Positions 54,411-64,000 of a stretch of DNA of 64,000 nucleotides are shown in pieces (position 1 is the stretch's first letter; the number at the start of each line of letters is the position of its first letter). The DNA comes from Eledone cirrhosa (lineage: Eukaryota). The notes beneath the pieces are model-generated. The model saw only the letters and a program-made list of their open reading frames with translations, had not been told where the DNA came from and did no database searches. A program made the position numbers and the translations under genes. The stretch spans positions 9,362,001 to 9,426,000 of the forward strand of contig OZ024762.1 of NCBI GenBank assembly GCA_964016885.1. Direction: 5' to 3'.

Positions 54411-55206
54411 CTAGTGCTGGTGGTCTACACAATAAAAACATCCAGTGAATGTTGTAAAGTGGTGGGTGTTCGGAAGGACAAGCAATTGTAGAAAACTTGC
54501 CAAACAAGGGGTTAGGGAGATCTTTCAGTTTGTGTCAAGAGACATGACAACTTCTCCGCACTCAAAATGACCATATGTAAGCGAGATACAGAACCCTTGG
54601 CTTGTCTGGGAGGTCAGTAGCCCTTCTTCAGTATTGAGTTGGTGTATGTAGACCTCTGGAAGGTCAGTAGCCCTTCTTCAGTACTGAGTTGGTCTATGTA
54701 GAACCCTTGGCCTGTGTGGGAGGTCAGTACTGACTTGGTTTATGTAGATATGTCTAACCTTTACTAGCAGGTGTTAAATGATATATATAAAAAAGAGGTT
54801 TAAAGGATCCTTCAGTTGTACCTCAGTACAGCAACCTCCCTAGTGTTGGTGATCTATACGATAAATGCACCCAGTACATACTGTAAAATGGTCAGTGATA
54901 GGAGGGGTAACCAGCAGTAGAAAGCTTGCCAAAGAAAGGGTTGGGAAGACTCTTCAGTTGTGCCAAAGACATGACAAGCTCTCCTGTACACTCAGTAGAA
55001 TGTGAAACTGTACTTAAATGAGATACAGACCCCTAGCCTGATCAGTAGTCCCACTTCAGTACTGACTTGGTCTACCAGTTCAACCCTTGTTATCACAAAA
55101 TAATAATGATAAAGACATATATACCACCAGATCTGTCGTCTTCTATTTTATCTTTTCTAAGCCTCAGTGCCATTCTTCTTTGTCTGTAAATTGCACTGCT
55201 GTCCAT

Positions 55207-55382
55207 AGGCAGTAGAGGATCTGACACCATGCTTTGGAGGATAGTTACAGCCCTTTGTGATCCGAGTTCAAATCCCGCCGAGGTTAACTTTGCCTTTCAT
55301 CATTACGGGTCGATAAAATAAAGTACCAGTAATGCACTGAGATAATTGCTGGCCTTGTGCCAAAAAGTAGAAACAATTATTT
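55207..55382 (+). mobile_element. SINE copy
   Basis: Head, core and tail match the family. Confidence 0.85.
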
Positions 55383-56589
55383 TTTCTATTTCTCTCCTTT
55401 CACTGAGCCCTCACACAGTCCTCTCCCTTCTGTCAGTTAATGCTCTTGGGATAATTGTTCATCTCCCTTACCATCCTCCGGTGAAACGCCTTCTCCATCC
55501 TGTCCGCCGGGACTGTTTGACGGCCAGTACGTGGGACCCCATTTTCTCATAATACAGAGAGATAGGGAGGCGATGATAGTGGCAGTTCGGCTCTTCTGTG
55601 TTCAGATCTGATGTACAGCGTCAGTGGTCCGTAAGGTGGTAAAAGTAGCATGCTTTTCCTCGTCCTTTCGTTCTTTGGCTTCTGTTATAAGCTGATACCT
55701 GTCCAGTCTCTTCTCTCCCTCTCGCTTTTGATTTTTCATCTATGTTTGTGTAATTTGTCGAAAGGTATAACTTGTCCCATCTTCGTCTCTACCTGGTTTT
55801 GTTAGGTCTTAATATGCACTGAAATAAATGGTATCAACCTTAATGACACAAAACTGTAGTGACTTCCGGAGGCCAGCCAGCTCCAATTGTGAAGGGAAAC
55901 CGGTTGCACCGAGGCGCCTTCTAAAGCTACTGTAGTAGAAATATTTCCCATATCATATATAAGAAATGAATTATGTACGTTGAAATATCCAATATGATAT
56001 AGAAAATAATGTTTAGTTTGGATAATAATTACGTGAAAGTCAAACTTACCATTTTATTGTTTTCATCCATAACATGTGCTACCTTTGACAGTTAGCCACA
56101 CTTTCGGATTTTCACCGTGTAAAGTCTTATTTCTATTATTAAATTTAAATTTTGTTATTTACTTCTTGCCAGTTATATTGTACTGTTTATAGAAATAAAC
56201 ATATTTTTATTAAATTCTAATCCTACTTCCATGTAATCTGTAGATGAAATTATCAGGGAATGGGGCGGAATAAAGCAAAGGCAATTTGAAATATCTACAC
56301 CGGTATTTTCAAAACAATCTTAAATACTGTATTGTGTTTATATTTTCATTCTGTACGAACTATAAACAATGTGTAATGTTATTTATATAACTGTGACCTT
56401 CGGAAAATAAAATATACTCGGTTTAAAAATAAAGATCTTAGTTGTTGTGTATGGCTGTACTTTAGAACATTGGCTAATATGTTTACATAGACGTTCTCCA
56501 GCCCCTGACCCACAAATATACTGTCTTATCTCTTTAGCTGTCTTCTACAGATGAAGATGAAATACAGCATATATACACAAACGTACACA

Positions 56590-56682
<93 letters not shown>

Positions 56683-56709
56683 TAAATGTAGACATTTACG
56701 TAATCAAAA

Positions 56710-56779
56710 TATATTTTATTATATATATTTCGGAGATACTGTGCTGTTTTTTCAGTACCTCCTCATCAGATAAAATACA
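56710..56779 (-). ncRNA. Minimal type I hammerhead ribozyme (Penelope-like element type) inside a ~270 bp inverted repeat (~56676-56942)
   Basis: Minus strand: UGUAUUUUAU-CUGAUGA-GGAGGUACUG(aaaaaacagca)CAGUAUCUCC-GAAA-UAUAUA-UA-AUAAAAUAUA. Stems I and II pair fully; stem III is a palindromic hexamer. Confidence 0.75.
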
Positions 56780-57473
56780 TAAATTGATGTATGACATACC
56801 TCAACTGTGCTGATGGTTCAATTCCAGTCTTGGCAGACTGGAATTGAACCATCAGGACGTACTGAAAAAACAGCACAGTACCTCCGAAATATATATAATA
56901 AAATATATTTTGATTACGTAAATGTCTACATTTATTAATATTTTGAATTAATATTAATAACTCCAGAAAACTTTCTTGTTGGGTGCTTCTAAACTATTGT
57001 AAAACTATATTCATTGATTAATCAATTAACCTTGTTTAACTTTTGGTTATATATATATATATATATATAGCGAAAGGCCTTCAAAATGTTTTTAAATAAA
57101 CATACAGTATATTATTAAATATACAATACGTACATTGATAAAGAAAACTCGTTGAGTGCTTCTAATCTGTTATAAATAATCAACAAACAAACTAACTCAT
57201 TGTTTATATATATCGTGGGTTAACGACTGTTTCCATGAATGGTTTAGACGAGTAAAAGTGATAAAGCACAGAAGTGTATTAAAGATTGTTTTTCTTTAAT
57301 CCTACAGAATGAATAATTTTATAATTATTACATTGTGGATTCAAATTTTGTCAAATATTAATCAATTTTAGGATTTATTGAACCCTCATTAAAAATGTGT
57401 ATATCAACCACACAATGTGGGAGTTGGACTCCATCAAGGGTGCGTACAGTCACCTCTCCTGTTCATTATTTTC

Positions 57474-57627
57474 ATGCTTTCCAACATAGTTACGTCCCAT
57501 TACGATCTGAGTTCAAATCCCGCCGAGGTTGACTTTGCCTTTCATCCTTACGGGGTCGATAAAATAAAGTACCAGTAATGTACTGCGATAATTGCTGGCC
57601 TTGTGCCTAAAGTAGAAACAATTATTT
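57474..57627 (+). mobile_element. SINE copy
   Basis: Family match. Confidence 0.85.
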
Positions 57628-57985
57628 TCATGAACAGGATTGACATACACAGCCAGGTTGGAAGTGGTATCGTGACTGGCACGTGTAAAATCATTCGGCT
57701 GGAATTTACTGAAGACATGGTGCTACTTAACTTGACAGAAGGTGATCTCTGACATGAACTTGATAGGTTTGATATAGAGTGGCTGCATGGCTGGAATGAA
57801 AATCTGTGCTGCAAAAACTGGGACACTTGTCCTCTCAAGGAAGCTTGAGCAGTGCACACTACATGTGAATGGAGCTCTACTGAAGCAGGTAGAGAGAAGT
57901 TCAAGGATCTTGGGGCCGTGTTCCCGAGTGATAGAAGGCAGGAGGCCGAATCAAGAGCAAGAAGTGCAAAAGCTGGTACAATAAT

Positions 57986-58168
57986 CGTTTCTACTTTAGG
58001 CACAAGGCCAGCAATTACCCAGTGCATTACTGGTACTTTATTTTATCGACCCCGTAAGGATGAAAGGCAAAGTAAACCTCGGCGGGATTTGAACTCAGAC
58101 CGTAAAGGGACGTAACTATGCTGGAAAGCATGGCGTCCGACCCTCTACCGATACTGCCAATCCACCAC
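57986..58168 (-). mobile_element. Full-length SINE with 17-bp TSD
   Basis: aaagctggtacaataat at 57969-57985 and 58169-58185. Confidence 0.9.
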
Positions 58169-58269
58169 AAAGCTGGTACAATAATGCACCAGCTTCAGCA
58201 ATTTGGTTAATCAGAAGAAGGGAAGTAGGTGTAAACTTGCTAACTTCAATTCGGTATTCATGCAAACCC

Positions 58270-58420
58270 TCATGCATGGTTATGAATGGTGTCCTGGGCC
58301 CTAGGGCTACCTCCCTACTCACCACCATAGGCGCTGACCTGGCCAGTCGCAGGTGTGAGTCTCGCGAGTTGCAATGGCTTTTCCAGCGCATCTCCCTTGC
58401 CGTCCGTTGGGGCCGTAGGG
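58270..58420 (+). mobile_element. CRE-like retrotransposon RLE C-terminal fragment
   Basis: GVLGPRATSLLTTIGADLASRRCESRELQWLFQRISLAVRWG resembles the QRISxAxxRGNA end motif. Confidence 0.55.
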
Positions 58421-59612
58421 AGGCCACCAATATGATTGACCGACTTGTCGTTTTATCAGTCAAACAGAATTGGTGGTTGTACTGAATTTATAGCTTACTG
58501 GTTATGAATGTTGAGTAATGACCAAAAGAATACAATTGCAAATACAAGCGGTAGAAATGGGGTTCCTCCAAAGAGTCTTTGGAGTAACATTACTCAACAG
58601 AATGTATAGCTTGGAGAAGAGAGAGTCACTCCAGGTAGAGCTGCTACTTCTCCAAATTGAGAGATCATAGCTCCGATACTATGGCCATGTCACAGGAAAG
58701 AATCGCTGGACAGCTTTGTGACAAAACCAGCCAGCAGGAGACCCAGAGGTAGACCCTGGGCAAGATGGTGGGATAACATCTATGAGCTTGGCTGGTCTCG
58801 CTTGGGGATCTATTCAAAATAAGGGTACGTCCTCGAAGATGAAACGTCTTCAGCGCCGGGAAATACGGTAGTCCCTAGAAAGAACCAATGCATTTATTAA
58901 TAAGAAGGGTTGAAATTAATGCATGCAAGATTTCACAGCTTTAGCATCACGCCTTAATTAATTATTAAAAATAATAATTCAAACACATTTCCAATTAAAT
59001 TTAAATGGCTTTATTGAATCTCTGATAGGTATCTAAAACTGTGTGCATATATAAACACATACACACACACATGTATATATATATATATACATACACACAT
59101 CATTACATAAATATATATATAAATACATCATTACATATATATATATATATACTCATACACACATCATCACACACATACACACACACATATATACATACAC
59201 ACATCATTACATAAATATATATGTATATAAACACATCATTACACATATATATACTCATACACACACATATATATACACGTACACACACATTCCTACATAT
59301 AATATATATGTACACACATTTCATATTCATATACACTTTACCCAACTATATGCATATACATAATAAACATATATATAACATATAATATAATATTCTTTAG
59401 ATATATATATATATATATACACAGAAACACATGCATACATCTTTATATAGTATATATACACTCACGCACACATAGCCATATATAACATAATATGTACATA
59501 TACACAGATTTCATATTCATACACAATTTATCCAAGAACTTGCATATACAAAAAAAAAAACATCAACAAGGACTCAGGATATACACATATACACACATAT
59601 ATACACACACAA

Positions 59613-59645
<33 letters not shown>

Positions 59646-60054
59646 TCTATATGTAAAACATTTAAAAAATAAAACTAGAAGAGACCCCATCACAAGGGCT
59701 GAAGTGCATCTCTTTCTATGTTAAAACTGGCAAAGGTGTGATGTGTAGGATGGCTCTCAAATTGGGATTAACTGTCTCTGGCTAGAAACTTAATCCATAT
59801 AACTCCTACTTTTAATTATTTTAACAATTTATCTTATATTAGGTTAACGACATATACATACATATGTATGTATATGTCGTTAACCTAATATATCCCTTCC
59901 ATATACTGTACCGATTGTGTTATTATTTCTGTTTACCTTTCACTTACATATATATAGGAACGATCGACTTTTTTGTCAAATCGGACCGAGGGAACAATGT
60001 TTCCGTTGGTCTTTCCAATTGCTAATACTATCTATCGGTCGCAACTCCAGGTAG

Positions 60055-60177
60055 AAGGAGCAACGTGAAATAAAGTGTCTTGCTCAAGGACATAACGCAT
60101 CGCCTGGTCCAGGAATCGAACTCACAACCTTACGATTGCGAATACAATTCTCTAACCACTCAGCCACACGCCTTCAC
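60055..60177 (-). mobile_element. Second tRNA-derived SINE family
   Basis: Minus strand tggctgagtggttag (A box), gagttcgattcc (B box), then ccttgagcaagacacttt core. Confidence 0.75.
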
Positions 60178-60203
60178 TACATATATATATAGTATATATA
60201 TAC

Positions 60204-60243
<40 letters not shown>

Positions 60244-60606
60244 GTTTATCCCGGGTTCAATCGGGGGGGTAACCACAGTAAGTAAGGTACTCAATACAAA
60301 GAGTATAAATATCTAATATAGAAAGGCTTCTACAGGACTAGAACTGTTATTTTATAAATAAGAGGAAAGCACGAATGGGGGTTTATTTTCCTACGCATTA
60401 ATGCTAGAAATATCCATGATCCCCAGCAGAAAACTGATGAGGGAAAATTATCCCGTGTTTGTGCTTTCCTCTTATTTATAAGTAGACCTTATCCAGCAAC
60501 TACACAGGCACTGTTTCTTCTTAATATATATATTTTCCATGATATCCGGATTACATTGAGTTCTTCATACGGATTGGACACTACCGTAAACTCTTGGTAG
60601 ATTTAT

Positions 60607-60637
<31 letters not shown>

Positions 60638-60819
60638 AAGAATATGCCAACACAAGAGCAAGAAAGACGGAGTCATTCTACTCACATGGCTTAAGAGGCT
60701 GTTTGCATAATTACAAACGAATTGAATATTATAATTAATGTTCGAAAACTTTTACATCTCTTGTATTCAGCCATGTAGAGCGATAAAACTATTTGTTATA
60801 ATATATATATAACAAAGGA

Positions 60820-61005
60820 ATTGTGGTAAGGAACCAGATGGACGATAACGCACCAGAGTACTCAATACTTAGAGTAGTAGAGTGGAAAATAGGAAAAAGT
60901 ATGACCCCGACGGCAGAGCTCAAGCCGTTTCGACGGCTATTTCTAGTCCAGAAATAGCCGTCGAAAAGGCTTGAGCTCTGCCGTCGGGGTCATACTTTTT
61001 CCTAT
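60820..61005. mobile_element. Fold-back repeat remnant with ~117 bp palindrome (60889-61005)
   Basis: Homolog of 1540-1711. Confidence 0.6.
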
Positions 61006-61254
61006 ATATATATATATATATATGTAAGTATGTATGTATATATACATACTTACATTTAAGTAACTGCCGTACTAAGAGTGAGAAATGAAATTTTGTTTCA
61101 TTCTATTCCATTTATATATATATAGAGAGATATAGATATATAGATATGTATGTATATATATGTATATACACTCATATATGATATGAAATATATATCATAA
61201 AATAATAAATATTTCTATATTTGGTATTTTGAAGGGAAAGAGGGGGAGGGGTCG

Positions 61255-61388
61255 GTTAAATCGACCCAGTACATTACTGGTACTTTATTTTATCGATCGC
61301 TTGTAAGGATGAAAAGAGAAGCTAACCTCGTCGGGATTTGAACTCAGAAAGTAAAAGGCCATAACACTATGCCATGAAGTATGGCAAT
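61255..61388 (-). mobile_element. Diverged SINE copy
   Basis: Reverse-complement core match. Confidence 0.7.
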
Positions 61389-62623
61389 AATGTGTGGTGT
61401 ATATAGGTATATGTATATAGACATACAGGCAACAGGCTCACACATGAATACAAATGTGTACAATAAATAAGAATATATGTCAACAGATAAGTCTGAAAAA
61501 CAAGGCTTAAACTATCAGAAAATATACAAGATATATTATTATATATACATTATAACATGCCACGTCCTTATATATATTATATATACACACAGGCATATAT
61601 GCACCCCTACATATGTACAGACAGACATATATGTGTCCATATATATATATATATATATATATATAAACACACACATATATGCAAATAAGACTAAAACACA
61701 AGGCATGGAACATAAAAAGAAAACAGGATATATAACTGTGTACAGCCTAACAAATTATATATATATATATTATGTATATGTATATATATATATATATATA
61801 CAACTTTATATATATGTACATACAAACATATATGCACACACAGTTACTATTTTTAAATATTATTAACATTGTTTTTTTACATTAAAAACAAAAACTGATC
61901 ATTTTCTGGGCTTCAATGAGGAAAGAAGGGGTTTGATAGGTCCAGCTACACATGAAATATTTGAAGCCAGTGTTAAAATGTAGTTTTACTGTCCCTTTTG
62001 TTTGGAAAGGAGGGCAGAAATGGCCTAGATTGATCAGACAGCTAACGCATACATACATACATACATACATATACATATATACACACACGTCTGTACATGT
62101 GTGTGTGTGTATATATATAAATACACACACACAAACACACATATATATATAATATACATATGTATGTACGTATGTGTATGTGTATATATATATATATAGA
62201 TGTATATATATATATAAATGTATATATATATATATATATAAATGCTCATATACATATATAGACACACACACACACATATATATATATATGCATTATATAT
62301 ATACACACACACACACACACACATATTTATGTATTATATGGTGCTAAATTATGTCTGCACATGTCTGAAGATTTTAGACTCAATGATCATTGTCATGTTG
62401 AATAAATGTAGTAACATATTTTGACAAAGATCCCAGAAATATAATATATATATAGATATATATATATTATATTATATATATATATATATATATATATTTA
62501 TTTATTTATTATGTATGTATATCTATATATAAATATAGATCTGTGTGTATCTATATATCTATCTATATATATATATGTGTATGTGTGTAAATTTAGTAAC
62601 ATATTTTGACATAGATCCCAGAA

Positions 62624-62661
<38 letters not shown>

Positions 62662-64000
62662 TTATATATATATAGATATAGATATATTATATATATATAT
62701 ATATATTTATTTATTTATTATGTATGTATATCTATATATAAATATAGATCTGTGTGTATCTATATATCTATCTATATATATATATATATATGTGTATGTG
62801 TGTGTGTGTGTGTACAGGGGCCAGCTGCTGTGTCTTAAAATTAACAAAAGTCTTGTACACACACGTGTGTGTGGGAGATGGGGGAGGGGGGGGGTGACTT
62901 TCATGGAAATTAAAATAAAATATTAAACTTCAATAAGGACTAAAGGCCGGTGGAGGAGGAGGATATGTCAAGATATGTGTGTGTATGGGGGGGGGGGGGG
63001 TAGAGGAAGGTCTAACTAGGTAATGTGAGGGGTTGGGGTGGTGATAATTGAAGGTAGGGATGTGTGTGTGCAACTTGTGTATATACATATATATATACAT
63101 ATATGTATATATATATGTATATATATAAATATATGTATATAATACATAAATATATATAGTTATAATACATAAATATATATATATATATAATACATAAATA
63201 TATATATAATACATAAATATATATATATATATATATATATACATACCTATACATGCATATATATATATATACATATACATACATAGTAACACATACATGT
63301 ATATATACATACCTATACATATGTGTGTGTATATATATATATATTTATACATACATATTTATACATATATATATATGTGTGTCTGTGTGTGTATGAGTGT
63401 GTATATATATTTATATATATGTGTGTGTGTGTATGTGTATAGGATAAAATAGGATAGATGGATTGGTGTTTCTCAGAGAAGGAGAAGAAAAAAAATATAT
63501 ATATATATAGCAAAAATACAAAATCAAACAACAAAAATGTCGGCTAACCACAGTTGCTGCTGTAAAAAAATCAACAAATGTATTTTTTTAATTATTTATC
63601 TGATCCCATTGTTTTTTTTAAACTCTATTAGTTTGGTCTGGAGGAGAGGATGAAAGGACTGAATGCTAAGAAGGTGTGGCATGTGAGAGGGAGGGAAGAG
63701 TACAGCATAACAAGATGAAAATCAATATAAATGTAAATAAAAAAAATTATATATATATATATGTTTTGGGCCGCCAAATATGACATTTGTAGAAATAAAT
63801 AAAATTTCTACAAATTTCAAACTTGACGACCCAAAATATATTTATATGTGGTCCACTGGATAGTTCCAGTTTAGAATGCACACATTTAACTAATTGATTC
63901 AATAATTAATTCATTCTTCCAGTAATTAAAAAGAAAAGAACAAATTAAAAGAGCTGAGAGTTGGATCAGACCAAAACTTTCCATTGCTGATACTATCTGT

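Larger units (their letters stand above)
57626..58810 (+). mobile_element. Decayed RTE-clade LINE fragments (57626-57985, 58480-58810) interrupted by a SINE and a CRE-like fragment
   Basis: FMNRIDIHS...EFTEDMVLL; IQAVEMGFLQRVFGVTLL; LRYYGHV; RPRGRPWARWWDNI. Confidence 0.7.

Noticed and set aside
60434-60460. ctgatgag hammerhead-like start
   Set aside because: No GAAA box after the putative stem II.
61840-64000. 3'UTR-like unique stretches, and possible small exons at ~17020 and ~56550
   Set aside because: No recognisable protein homology or consistent splice pattern from sequence alone.

Overview
AT-rich, repeat-dense eukaryotic DNA with no intact host protein-coding gene that I can support. 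The tRNA-derived SINE family, (TA)n/(CA)n density and mariner remnant look like an octopod cephalopod genome (inference from recognised repeat families). The dominant structure is a ~43 kb palindrome: arms 10375-32061 and 32297-53561 are near-identical reverse complements around a ~235 bp centre that is an older, diverged inverted repeat. Each arm carries three copies of a GC-rich ~160-170 nt element with an upstream TATA box, an internal B-box-like motif, several hairpins (one cUUCGg) and a T5-6 end. This looks like a Pol III-transcribed structured ncRNA family (six copies) that I cannot assign to a known class. Each arm also carries a frameshifted CR1-clade LINE, a ~3.7-3.9 kb self-complementary purine/pyrimidine microsatellite, an 88-bp satellite array, and mariner and RTE remnants. 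The flanks hold SINEs, MITEs, two minisatellites with higher-order or variant structure, decayed LINEs and two minimal Penelope-type hammerhead ribozyme motifs. Nearly all long ORFs in the track are repeat artefacts.
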